Source: Candidatus Bathyarchaeia archaeon
Lineage (GTDB): Archaea > Thermoproteota > Bathyarchaeia > Bathyarchaeales > Bathycorpusculaceae
Direction: 5' to 3'
Assembly (NCBI GenBank): GCA_049515895.1
Contig: JBEKTQ010000030.1
Location: 1-30,861 of the forward strand
DNA length: 30,861 bases
A model generated the notes under the pieces. The model did not search any database. It was not told the DNA's origin and was given only the letters and a program-made list of their open reading frames with translations. Shown here piece after piece: positions 8,412 through 17,466 of the stretch (positions are counted from its first letter, which is position 1; each line of letters starts with the position of its first letter). A program made the position numbers and the translations under genes.

Positions 8412-8678
8412 TTGGACCTTGCAATCTTCTACGCACTAGGCGCCGCTTTGATCGTTGCGGGAATCATAATTATTATAGCAGCGATTGCGGCTGCTTCAAC
8501 CCGCGGCGGGCAAAAGGGTGAGAGGAAGGTTAAGGCTGCAGGTATAATAATGATTGGTCCCATCCCGATAATCTTCGGAACAGACAAGAAATCTGTTAAA
8601 GTGGTTCTAGCGTTGGCTTTAGCGCTTGTTGTCGCCTTAATCATTGCGATGGTGGTGTTCTACTGGTTGCTGAGGTGA
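8412..8678 (+). CDS. DUF131 (TIGR00304) family small membrane protein
   Basis: Signature AGIIMIGPIPIIFGTD between two TM helices; TTG 8412 after SD GGAGG, TATA TTTATTATAAA at 8361-8371. Confidence 0.88.
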   Translation: MDLAIFYALGAALIVAGIIIIIAAIAAASTRGGQKGERKVKAAGIIMIGPIPIIFGTDKKSVKVVLALALALVVALIIAMVVFYWLLR

Positions 8679-8683
8679 AACGA

Positions 8684-8977
8684 TTGACCCAAGAAGATGG
8701 ATCTGAAGAAGAAGGCATCGCTGTTTCCAGCAGACTGTTTAGGCTGCTGATTTTAGGCGTCGCGTTAGTTTTAGTCGGCATAGCGTTTTTGATTGTTGCC
8801 TCCTTTTTTTCCAGCAGTTCAACAAGCGTCGGAGTGGTCGTTTTTATAGGTCCCTTCCCGATTGTTTTCGGCTCAGGTCCAAACGCGGCGTGGCTGATAA
8901 CTATCGGAGTTATTCTTGCGGTCTTAAGCGTGGTGTTGTTTTGGATGATGAATAGAAGGCATGATTGTTTTGACTAG
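8684..8977 (+). CDS. DUF131 (TIGR00304) family small membrane protein, second paralog
   Basis: GVVVFIGPFPIVFGSG signature; TTG 8684 after SD GAGGTGA (GTG 8675 is an alternative start). Confidence 0.85.
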   Translation: MTQEDGSEEEGIAVSSRLFRLLILGVALVLVGIAFLIVASFFSSSSTSVGVVVFIGPFPIVFGSGPNAAWLITIGVILAVLSVVLFWMMNRRHDCFD

Positions 8978-9027
8978 GGGAGAGGGTAGGGCAGTTTAGT
9001 CGGTTTCTTCTTCCTCTTCTTTGCCAT
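8974..9027 (-). CDS. Possible 17-aa basic peptide MAKKRKKKPTKLPYPLP
   Basis: ATG 9027 to TAG 8974; composition like a small basic ribosomal peptide; too short to be sure. Confidence 0.3.
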   Translation of the reverse strand: MAKKRKKKPTKLPYPLP

Positions 9028-9162
9028 AGTACCCGTAGAGGAAGATCAGGACTAAAGCTATGAAAATTGAACTCATCGCGACGTATTCTAAAGTTACGAA
9101 GTATGCGCCTAGATTCATGTGGGTTCACGCTGCTTTTGCTTATTCTTGTAACATCTTAATAT

Positions 9163-9573
9163 TTAAGTTGTCGCTTTTTTCCACTCGTTCATCAACATTT
9201 CATAGCTTTCGTCGTTTTCATCAATGATTTCAAACCAGCTTAGGTTCTGCGCGATCTTCTGGGTCAGAAGGTGATAGCACATGTGAACTTTCTTGTCAAG
9301 CACGCGGAAGTAGAAGTCGTCGCAGGTGCAGAATTCAGCTTCTGGCATAATAAGGTAGTCCCGTTCTCTGCCGACAACTATCCAAACCACTCTTCCACTC
9401 GGCTTGAACGTGTACTTTTTCACTCGCCCCTCCTTTAATGCGTCAAGGGCTTTCGTGAATCTTGACCCAAAAAGCTCGTAGAGTTCAGTTAGGTCGGTGC
9501 CTGACAGTTTGCCCGCTGCTTTTGCTTCTCGACAAATGGAGTTTAACGTGTCTAATTCTTGGTTGTCGCTCAT
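9163..9573 (-). CDS. SWIM zinc-finger protein (stand-alone)
   Basis: FCTCDDF...MCYH matches the CxC..CxH SWIM motif, preceded by WIVVGRERDYLI. Confidence 0.85.
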   Translation of the reverse strand: MSDNQELDTLNSICREAKAAGKLSGTDLTELYELFGSRFTKALDALKEGRVKKYTFKPSGRVVWIVVGRERDYLIMPEAEFCTCDDFYFRVLDKKVHMCYHLLTQKIAQNLSWFEIIDENDESYEMLMNEWKKATT

Positions 9574-9620
9574 TATGCACTCGCAACACTGAAAGATTAA
9601 GGGGAACCAGATTTAGGTTT

Positions 9621-10217
9621 TTAGCCTATGTCAATGGGTTCTCCCTTGGGCCTGTTGTCTGCCTCAGCTTTAGGCACGATGACTTCTAAGACACCGTTTT
9701 TGTATGTTGACTTCGCCTCTTTAATCCGGACCTTCGCTGGCAGCTCAACTTCCTTGTAATACTTGTACTGAGGCGTATCCACCGAAATCGTCAACGAATC
9801 CTCGGTGCCGTGCAACTTAATATCGGTTTTTTCTACGCCTGGCAACTCCACAACCACGTGGACCTCACTTTCCGAGTCTACAATGTCAACAAGGGGCTCT
9901 CGTTCTTCCTTAACCTGTGGCGTGCCTTTGAGGCCTTTCTTTATGTTTCCGAACTCTTGGATTTCAGGCTTGCCGTCAGCCCCTATCTTCATGCTGTAAC
10001 CGTAAACGAATGGTCCAAGCTCCTTGACCGTACTCCCGTCGGGGAGCTTACGTTCCTTAACATATTCTTTCGGGACTTTATCTGTGAAGTTCTTCAGTTC
10101 CTCGTCCATCATTTTCTCCATTTCACGGAACATGTCGTCTATATCGCTGAAAAACGGATCTTTAGCCCGTTTCCGTCTGGTCCACTCAGGGTAATCATCA
10201 TCAGTATCCGAAGACAT
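9621..10217 (-). CDS. hsp20: Archaeal small heat shock protein Hsp20
   Basis: GPFVYGYSMKIGADGKPEIQEFGN, EEREPLVDI, VVELPGVEK, YKNGVLEV, and C-terminal IxI (PIDIG); ATG 10217. Confidence 0.95.
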   Translation of the reverse strand: MSSDTDDDYPEWTRRKRAKDPFFSDIDDMFREMEKMMDEELKNFTDKVPKEYVKERKLPDGSTVKELGPFVYGYSMKIGADGKPEIQEFGNIKKGLKGTPQVKEEREPLVDIVDSESEVHVVVELPGVEKTDIKLHGTEDSLTISVDTPQYKYYKEVELPAKVRIKEAKSTYKNGVLEVIVPKAEADNRPKGEPIDIG

Positions 10218-10352
10218 AAATATCACTCTACAAGCTAGCCTGCGTTTTCCACTCCAATAAATTTTGTGCAGACAAAAAGTTGAATTGAACGTTGCGCCTG
10301 AGGGGTTTTCAGCGGTGCCTTTTGTAATCCAAAGTAATCGGCATGCTGGTTT

Positions 10353-10364
10353 AAAAGTTTAAAT
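10353..10364 (+). promoter_or_regulatory. BRE/TATA of the tRNA-Met gene
   Basis: AAAAGTTTAAAT about 55 bp upstream of the mature 5' end; leader hairpin GCCAT/GTGGC at 10391-10408. Confidence 0.5.
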
Positions 10365-10417
10365 GATGGAAAATAAACTAAATGGATTCAGCCATCGGAA
10401 AAAGTGGCGAATTGCGT

Positions 10418-10555
10418 GCCGGGGTAGCCTAGCCTGGCCAGGGCGCCAGACTCATAATCTGCCATCAATGGCAAATCAGATGAGAAATCTGGAGACTAAA
10501 GGGGCTAAACGCCTGAAGCCAAAGGTCGCGTGCTCGAATCGCGCCCCCGGCACCA
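10418..10555 (+). tRNA. tRNA-Met (elongator, anticodon CAT) with two introns, CCA encoded
   Basis: Acceptor GCCGGGG/CCCCGGC, anticodon stem CCAGA/TCTGG, CAT at 10453-10455, T arm GCGTG-CTCGAAT-CGCGC, ACCA end. Intron 1 at 37/38 (10457-10486) with a strict BHB; probable intron 2 in the variable loop (about 10495-10524). Confidence 0.93.
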
Positions 10556-10942
10556 ACCATTTTTGAGATTATTTCATCATAAACATGAGGGGACGTTTGC
10601 GAGTCTTGCTCCATTTTTAGTTTTAACAGGCTGTTTTGGTTGTTTTTTGGAACGTGCCCTAAGATAAAGTTAAACTGCGGTTAACATCTCTTAAAGGTGA
10701 TTAGAGTTAGTTAGTATTGGTTTAAAAAGGCTATAATTGTTTGGAAAGATTCATGTCAATTATTGATTGAAGTGATTGAAGAAATGTTCTTGCGTAATCT
10801 GTAAGCCTTAATTTACTTTTCGCTCTGCCCAAACTTTCCTTAAGCCGCTCTTGCTGATTTAACAAACCAAAAATTTTAAAGCAATCCGTATCTCAACTAA
10901 CATAGGTAGCGGTAAAAAGGAAGATTCTTCTGAGGCGCTGTT

Positions 10943-11629
10943 TTGAGGGCTTTTGATAGAGTCGTAGATTGGTTTAGGCGAAACTGGTTTGAGGCCGCAT
11001 TCCTATGCGTGATTGCGGCGTTGCTAGTTTGGCGAGGAAGAGGGTTTATTTTCGCAGGGGACAGCGCCTCATCAGCAGCTGTGCTTACGAGTTCAGTTGT
11101 GGTTTACGGGTTGGCATTTGTTCTCTCAGAGTTTTTCCTCAGGCAGCAAGGCGTTGGCTTTGAGAGGTACCTCATAGCTGTCGCGTGTGTTGCAGCCGGC
11201 ATCTGGTTGCAGCAGGGTTTGTACCATTTCGGTTACGCCCAGGCAAGGACGCCGACAGTGGTTGCTAATACCTTGTTCACTTTAAACTTCAACTTCAATA
11301 CTTCAGCTTCAACATACCCGCTTTACTGGACCCTTATGATGATAAGCTTACCTTTTGCAGCCTACAAGTACATGAGCCTCAACAGGTACCTTGTCTTAGC
11401 CACGCTGGTCAGCGGCGGAATTTATCTTCTCTGGGTTTACGTTGGGTACCCCCAGTTCTTTGCTCCAGGTTGGTTCCCTTCCTCATCCGTCGCGATTCCA
11501 CTGGTTCCTCAGAGCAAGTCAGCAATCGAGTTAAGCGCCTACATCTTCAATTCTGCCTTTACAATTGTTGGGTTGTTGCCAGCGTTGCTATTTTACAAGA
11601 AACCAGAACCCGACAAGTCTGCCGCCTAA
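10943..11629 (+). CDS. Hypothetical polytopic membrane protein
   Basis: About six hydrophobic segments; no family recognised. Confidence 0.75.
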   Translation: MRAFDRVVDWFRRNWFEAAFLCVIAALLVWRGRGFIFAGDSASSAAVLTSSVVVYGLAFVLSEFFLRQQGVGFERYLIAVACVAAGIWLQQGLYHFGYAQARTPTVVANTLFTLNFNFNTSASTYPLYWTLMMISLPFAAYKYMSLNRYLVLATLVSGGIYLLWVYVGYPQFFAPGWFPSSSVAIPLVPQSKSAIELSAYIFNSAFTIVGLLPALLFYKKPEPDKSAA

Positions 11630-11699
11630 AATATCAAATCCCGTGCGGTTTGTGAAGTGTTATTAAGCGCTTACCGCACAATCATCTCGAAGTGAAACA

Positions 11700-12062
11700 T
11701 TGAAAGACTACGACAATTTTTTTCTGCCAAGCGGTTACCTGAAGAAGAGCAAAGCTTTCTACCTAGACATTTTGGGGCTTCCCGTCAAGTTTGACTTTTC
11801 AAACATGGGCATGATAGCCTTCAGAGTAGGCGACAATGAACCCGCAATCATACTCAAAGACACCCGTAAGTTTCCTGACGCAAAGCCAGCCATATGGTTC
11901 GTCGTGAAAAGCGTCCAAGAAGAGTACAAGCGGCTAAGCGAAAAAGGCTTAAAGTTCCTTTCGGAACCTTTTCCGATTCAGACTGGGATGGCGGTTGAAT
12001 TCCAAGATCCCTATGGCAACAGACTAGGCTTAACCGATTACTCTAAAACTAAGAAACCTTGA
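11700..12062 (+). CDS. VOC family (glyoxalase/bleomycin resistance) protein
   Basis: KSKAFYLDILGL, IWFVVKSV...L..KG..F, FQDPYGNRLGL. Confidence 0.9.
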   Translation: MKDYDNFFLPSGYLKKSKAFYLDILGLPVKFDFSNMGMIAFRVGDNEPAIILKDTRKFPDAKPAIWFVVKSVQEEYKRLSEKGLKFLSEPFPIQTGMAVEFQDPYGNRLGLTDYSKTKKP

Positions 12063-12066
12063 AAAG

Positions 12067-13746
12067 TTGCCCAAAAAGCAGAAATTAAACGTGGCTTCAG
12101 AAGGGTTAAATGCCTTGACAGGAAAGATCGCGCCTTGGTTTAACTCATGGCCTGCAGAAGTGCCGAGAACACTAAAGTATCCAATGATACCTCTCCAAGA
12201 GATCCTTCATCAAAGCTCATTGAATTTTCCGCACAAGCCTGCAATAGCCTACGGAGAGCAGGAATTCAGTTACGCCCAACTGGAAGTGCTTTCGAATCAG
12301 TTTGCTAATGCACTCGTCAAGTTAGGTGTGGAAAGAGGCGACAGGGTAGCAGTTTTCCTTCCAAATATTCTGCAGTTTGTGGTTGCTTTTTTCGGGATCC
12401 TCAAGGCAGGCGCGGTCGTAACAGCGATTAGTCCGTTGAATCGGGAACGTGAGGTTGAATATCAAGTATCTGATTCAGGCGCCAAAACCATCGTCGCTCT
12501 AGACTCGCTTTTTCCCATTGTGGAGCATGTTTGGGCTAAAACAAAGGCAAAAAACGTTATATTAACCAGCCTTGGCGAGCCAGAAACCAGAGTCCCGAGT
12601 AAGCCAAATGTTTGGGGGTTTCAGCAACTGATCGAAGAATCCTCAGAGGCCACTCTCGAAGTTGAGATTGACCCTGGGGAAGATCTGGCGGTTTTGCAGT
12701 ACACTGGCGGAACTACAGGAACGCCTAAAGGCGCAATGCTGACCCATCGCAACTTGGTTTCGAACGCTTTAGCCTTCGCCGCTTGGATCGGTGGCAAGCC
12801 AGCCAAAGAAGCCTTCCTTACTGCGCTGCCCTTGTTCCACATTTACGGAATGACAACCAGTATGACTGTTCCCATCAATTTAGCCTCTAAAATGGTATTG
12901 ATGCCGCGGTTCGAACCAACCAAAGCCCTAGAAACAATACAGAGGCACAAGGTTACCATTTTCTGTGGTGTTCCGACGATGTACCAGGCGCTCCTAGCAA
13001 ACTCTGAGTTTACCAAATACGATTTGACATCGATTCGGGTCTGCATTAGCGGGGCTTCGTCATTGCCGCCCAATGTTCAGAAAGGGTTCATGCAGGTCAC
13101 AGGTGGGCTCCTCGCTGAAGGTTACGGTTTGACTGAGGCTTCACCAGTTACGCATTGTAGCCCTGTGGACAAAACCATGCGTACCGTGAGGATGGGGTCA
13201 ATCGGATTGCCTCTGCCTGATACTGAGGCGCGAATGATGGATCTGGATACGGGTAGACCGCTGACAACGGGCGACACAGGAGAGTTGGCGGTGAAAGGAC
13301 CGCAGGTGATGAAGGGTTACTGGCAAAGACCAGACGAAACCGCGACTGTGCTCCGTGAAGGATGGCTGCTGACAGGCGACATAGCCCGCATGGACGGCGA
13401 CGGCTACTTTTACATCACTGACCGCAAAAAAGACCTCATAAAAACCAAAGGTTATAGTGTTTACCCAAGGGAACTGGAAGATTTTCTCTACGAACACCCC
13501 AGCGTCAAGTTATGTGCGGTCGTCGGCAAGCCTGACCCAAAGAGCGGAGAAGTCCCAAAGGCTTTCATAGCGCTTAAAGAGGGCGCGACCGCATCAGCAG
13601 AGGAAATCAAAGCCTTCGTTAACGACAAAGTGGCACCATATAAGGCAATCCGCGAAGTAGAATTCAGAAAAGATTTGCCTATCAGCTCGGCAGGCAAAGT
13701 TTTGAAGCGCCTGCTTGCGGAAGAAGAAAAGCGGCTTAATTCTTAA
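12067..13746 (+). CDS. Long-chain-fatty-acid--CoA ligase (AMP-binding, FadD-like)
   Basis: YTGGTTGTPKG AMP-binding motif, EGYGLTEASP, GWLLTGDIA, DRKKDLI, SAGKVLK; start may be TTG 12115. Confidence 0.93.
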   Translation: MPKKQKLNVASEGLNALTGKIAPWFNSWPAEVPRTLKYPMIPLQEILHQSSLNFPHKPAIAYGEQEFSYAQLEVLSNQFANALVKLGVERGDRVAVFLPNILQFVVAFFGILKAGAVVTAISPLNREREVEYQVSDSGAKTIVALDSLFPIVEHVWAKTKAKNVILTSLGEPETRVPSKPNVWGFQQLIEESSEATLEVEIDPGEDLAVLQYTGGTTGTPKGAMLTHRNLVSNALAFAAWIGGKPAKEAFLTALPLFHIYGMTTSMTVPINLASKMVLMPRFEPTKALETIQRHKVTIFCGVPTMYQALLANSEFTKYDLTSIRVCISGASSLPPNVQKGFMQVTGGLLAEGYGLTEASPVTHCSPVDKTMRTVRMGSIGLPLPDTEARMMDLDTGRPLTTGDTGELAVKGPQVMKGYWQRPDETATVLREGWLLTGDIARMDGDGYFYITDRKKDLIKTKGYSVYPRELEDFLYEHPSVKLCAVVGKPDPKSGEVPKAFIALKEGATASAEEIKAFVNDKVAPYKAIREVEFRKDLPISSAGKVLKRLLAEEEKRLNS

Positions 13747-13801
13747 GCTTTGGCGAAATGTATAAGAGAAAATCTCTGTCTTGAGTTATGGCAGGTATTA
13801 T

Positions 13802-16084
13802 TTGCGCGTAAAACTCAATGTAACTGGTATCGTTCAGGGTGTTGGCTTCCGCCCGTTCATTTACCGCATCGCGGTCAAGAACGGTTTGGCAGGGTACGTT
13901 CGCAACAGGGGCGACGCAGGCGTTGAAATTCTCATAGAGGGCGATGCGCAATGCGTTGAGAGTTTCAGGCGAGACCTAGCTGAGAAGAAGCCGCCACTAG
14001 CGCAGATTGACCAGGTCAAGTTGGTTAAGCTTTCAGGCACAAACCAGTTTGGTGAGTTTACGATTTGGAAGAGTTCAGATGCCGCCGAGTTTTCAGGTTC
14101 AATTATCCCTCCTGACATCGCAATCTGCAACGAGTGCCTCACTGAATTGCGTGATCCAAAAAACCCACGGTATGATTATTTTTTTATCACTTGCACTAAT
14201 TGTGGGCCACGTTTCACGATTATTGAGCGGTTGCCTTACGACCGTGAAAACACAACTATGAGAGAATTCCCGCTCTGTGGTTTCTGCCAAAGAGAGTACA
14301 ATGACCCAGCGAACAGACGATTTCACGCCCAAACAGTTGCTTGCCCTCTCTGCGGTCCAAAAGTTTACCTGACAACACGCGGCGGTGAACCGCTGGACTC
14401 CAAAGATCCTGTGCGTGAGGCGGGAAAGCTGCTTTCTGAAGGCAGTGTGCTCGCGATAAAGGGGAACGGAGGTTTCCATATTGCCTGCTCGGTCATGCTT
14501 GATAAGCCTTTGAAGCGACTTCGAGCAACGAAGCATCGTCGCGAAAAGCCCTTCGCCGTTATGGTAAAAAGCTTAGCGGCTGCAAAAACCTTCGCCGAAG
14601 TAGGTTCGAAAGAGCAGGAACTTCTGCAATCCCCAATGCGGCCAATCGTGCTGCTGAACAAAAGCGTATGTTACAATCTCTCGCCATTTGCAGCGCCTAA
14701 CCTTCATAACATTGGCGTTATGCTTCCCTACACTGGCTTGCATCATATGCTCTTCGACGGGGTTGATGACCCGGCGTTTGTGATGACCAGCGCTAACCCG
14801 CCAAATCAGCCCATCGTATACGACAACAATGACGCCCTCAAAACATTAGGCGGCACAGTGGATTACTTCTTATTCCATAACCGCAAAATAGCCCACCGAT
14901 GCGACGACTCCGTCATGCGCGTCCATGGCAAGCGCCAAGTGTTCATTAGGCGAAGCCGAGGCTACGCTCCAGCACCCGTAAGACTTAAGGCGAAGGCGAA
15001 GAGGTGCGTCGTCGGCCTAGGCGGCGAACTAAACAACACGGCCTGCATCCTGCTTGACGACAAAGCTTTCATCAGCCAACACATCGGCGACGTCGAAAAC
15101 GTGGAAACCCGCAGTTTCCTGCAAGAAGCAGCAAACCACCTTTACAGTTTAACCAACTGCCACGCTGAAGCAGTCGTCTGCGACTTACATCCCAAATTCA
15201 CCACAACGGCTCTCGCGAAGGAGATGGCTGCGGCTGATGGGTTGCCTCTCATCCAAGTTCAGCATCATCATGCGCATGCTGCCGCTTTAATGGCTGAGCA
15301 CAACTTAGAAGAAGCTATTAGCGTAGTCTGCGACGGGTACGGCTACGGCTCAGATGGCGGTGCTTGGGGAGGAGAAATCCTCTTCTGCACTCGCGACTCA
15401 TCAAAGTTCAAGCGTCTTGGGCATTTGGAGCCTCAACCTCTGCTCGGCGGGGACGTGGCAAGCCGTTATCCGCTGCGTGTGGCCGCTGGAATGCTCGCCA
15501 AAGCCGGCATTGACGTAGAGCCTTGGCTAATGAAGAAGGATGCCCATTTGCCTTTCGGCGAAACTGAAGCCCACCTCATCCTTGATCAACTCAGGAAGGG
15601 TTCTGGTGTAGTTGAAACGACGAGTTGCGGAAGGGTTTTGGATGCTGCAGCGGCCGTTTTAGGCATCTGCTACGAGCGAAGCTATGAGGGTGAACCCGCC
15701 ATGAAACTGGAATCAGCCGCGATAGGGGGCAAAGAAGTTTTGAAGCTAAAACCTGTTTTACACGGTGAGACTTTGGAGACTGCAACAATGCTTAGATTAA
15801 TTTTCGAAAAAAAAGCCGACTTCTCTACTGCAGATTTGGCTTATTCCGCTCATGCTTACCTAGCAAAAGGCCTCGCATCACTAGCGATAGAAAAAGCCAT
15901 GGTTCTGGATGTCAAGAACATTGGTTTTACCGGCGGAGCCGCCTGCAATCAGATACTCGCTAAAGTGATGCGTAAGACGGTTGAGAACGCTGGGCTGCAG
16001 TTTCTGGTTCACGAGGCTATTCCAGCAGGCGATGGCGGGGTTTCGTTCGGTCAGGCTGTTGTAGGGGGTTTTTCAAGGTTTTAG
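13802..16084 (+). CDS. hypF: Carbamoyltransferase HypF
   Basis: Acylphosphatase GIVQGVGFRPF, Zn fingers CNEC/CTNCGPRF/CGFC/CPLCGP, SQHIGD, QHHHAH, GDGGVSFGQ; TTG 13802 after SD-like AGGT. Confidence 0.97.
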   Translation: MRVKLNVTGIVQGVGFRPFIYRIAVKNGLAGYVRNRGDAGVEILIEGDAQCVESFRRDLAEKKPPLAQIDQVKLVKLSGTNQFGEFTIWKSSDAAEFSGSIIPPDIAICNECLTELRDPKNPRYDYFFITCTNCGPRFTIIERLPYDRENTTMREFPLCGFCQREYNDPANRRFHAQTVACPLCGPKVYLTTRGGEPLDSKDPVREAGKLLSEGSVLAIKGNGGFHIACSVMLDKPLKRLRATKHRREKPFAVMVKSLAAAKTFAEVGSKEQELLQSPMRPIVLLNKSVCYNLSPFAAPNLHNIGVMLPYTGLHHMLFDGVDDPAFVMTSANPPNQPIVYDNNDALKTLGGTVDYFLFHNRKIAHRCDDSVMRVHGKRQVFIRRSRGYAPAPVRLKAKAKRCVVGLGGELNNTACILLDDKAFISQHIGDVENVETRSFLQEAANHLYSLTNCHAEAVVCDLHPKFTTTALAKEMAAADGLPLIQVQHHHAHAAALMAEHNLEEAISVVCDGYGYGSDGGAWGGEILFCTRDSSKFKRLGHLEPQPLLGGDVASRYPLRVAAGMLAKAGIDVEPWLMKKDAHLPFGETEAHLILDQLRKGSGVVETTSCGRVLDAAAAVLGICYERSYEGEPAMKLESAAIGGKEVLKLKPVLHGETLETATMLRLIFEKKADFSTADLAYSAHAYLAKGLASLAIEKAMVLDVKNIGFTGGAACNQILAKVMRKTVENAGLQFLVHEAIPAGDGGVSFGQAVVGGFSRF

Positions 16085-16132
16085 ACCAATCTCTTTTTAT
16101 CACCGTTTCAAACGCTTTATGTATTGATCGTT

Positions 16133-16354
16133 ATGTGTTTAGCTATTCCCGCTAAAGTCATGAACCTCCAAGGCGACAAAGCCAACGTGGATTTTGGCCA
16201 GGGCGTCCTAAGAGAAGTCAACGTGTCGCTTGTTGATGCTAAGATCGGCGATTATGTTATAGTCCATGCTGGCTACGCTATTCAAATAATTGAAGAGGAA
16301 GACGCCAAAGAAACCTTGAGCTTGTGGAAAAGCATCCTTGAAGCTGGCCAATAA
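16133..16354 (+). CDS. hypC: Hydrogenase maturation chaperone HypC
   Basis: N-terminal MCLAIPAKV and GDYVIVHAGYAI. Confidence 0.97.
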   Translation: MCLAIPAKVMNLQGDKANVDFGQGVLREVNVSLVDAKIGDYVIVHAGYAIQIIEEEDAKETLSLWKSILEAGQ

Positions 16355-16377
16355 ACGAGGCAAGTTGAGGCATCAGC

Positions 16378-17466
16378 ATGGCTGAAAACCTGAAGTTCCG
16401 GAACCCCCAGTTAGCCCAAAATATTGCTGCAAAAATCAAAAGCTTAGCACCAAAGGCTGGAAAAACCAAAATCTGCCACGTATGCGGCACTCACGAGTGG
16501 ACGATTACGCATTTTGGGTTACGTAGTCTTTTGCCTGACGATGTTGAGGTTATCGCTGGTCCAGGCTGCCCTGTCTGCATTGTGCCTGCTGCTGAAATTG
16601 ACGAGGCGGTGCAGCTGGCGAAGATGGGTGTTGTAGTCACATGTTTCGGAGATGTTCTACGGGTACCTGGGAGCCAAATGTCGCTTTTGGAAGCTAAAGC
16701 TGCCGGGGCTGACGTCAGAATAGTCTACGCAGTTTCCGACGCTATTGATATGGCTAAACGTGAACCTAGCAAGCAGTTTGCTTTTTTCGCTGTTGGCTTC
16801 GAGACTACGGCTCCGTCAACGGCCGTTGAAGTGCTCAATAACCCGCCCAAAAACATTAGTTTTCTTGTTTCTCACCGCTTGATTCCACCAGCCATGGAAC
16901 TGTTACTAGGTGTCGGCGACCTGCAGATTGACGGGTTCATTGCACCGGGGCATGTTAGCGCCATAATCGGGCTTAAACCTTATGAGCTGTTTCCGAGGGT
17001 TTATAGAATGCCCACCGTTGTGGCTGGTTTCGAGCCGATTGACGTTTTGATGTCGATTTACATGATTGTTAAGCAGCAAGCCGACGGAGCCGCCAAGTTG
17101 GAGAATGAGTATTCCCGTGTGGTTAAGCCTGAAGGCAACCCCAAAGCGTTGGAGATGATGAAGGAAGCGTTCACTGTTACAGGAGGGAACTGGCGCGGCA
17201 TTGGCAGGCTTCCAGATTCTGCGTTGCAGCTACGCGAAGCGTTTGCAGATTATGATGCAAGATCAAAGCATAACGTTCACGTTGAGCAGGGCAAAGATAT
17301 CCTTCTCGGTTGCGAATGCCATCTGGTAATCATTGGAAAAATTAAACCCAACGAGTGCCCAATGTTCCTTAAAGCTTGCACGCCCGAGAAACCTGTCGGC
17401 GCATGTATGGTCAGCAACGAAGGCACCTGCAGGGTTTGGGCAAAAAACGTAGCTGTTCAAACTTAG
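16378..17466 (+). CDS. hypD: Hydrogenase maturation protein HypD
   Basis: HVCGTH, GPGCPVC, GFETTAP, PGHVS, and C-terminal Cys cluster GACMVSNEGTC. Confidence 0.98.
   Translation: MAENLKFRNPQLAQNIAAKIKSLAPKAGKTKICHVCGTHEWTITHFGLRSLLPDDVEVIAGPGCPVCIVPAAEIDEAVQLAKMGVVVTCFGDVLRVPGSQMSLLEAKAAGADVRIVYAVSDAIDMAKREPSKQFAFFAVGFETTAPSTAVEVLNNPPKNISFLVSHRLIPPAMELLLGVGDLQIDGFIAPGHVSAIIGLKPYELFPRVYRMPTVVAGFEPIDVLMSIYMIVKQQADGAAKLENEYSRVVKPEGNPKALEMMKEAFTVTGGNWRGIGRLPDSALQLREAFADYDARSKHNVHVEQGKDILLGCECHLVIIGKIKPNECPMFLKACTPEKPVGACMVSNEGTCRVWAKNVAVQT

Noticed and set aside
7788-8521. ORFs 7788-8111, 7920-8210, 8041-8274, 8078-8521 and the long 8274 start for the DUF131 gene
   Set aside because: They overlap real genes or read through low-complexity and repeat DNA; the DUF131 gene has its own TATA, SD and TTG at 8412.
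10418-10555. tRNA-Ile2(CAT) or initiator tRNA-Met
   Set aside because: The acceptor begins GCC (not GGG as in archaeal Ile2, nor AGC as in the initiator) and lacks the initiator's three G-C anticodon-stem pairs.
10363-10566. 67-aa ORF
   Set aside because: It lies over the tRNA-Met gene.
10540-13746. Intact integrated element at the tRNA
   Set aside because: No integrase and no duplicated tRNA 3' end (att site) seen in the window.
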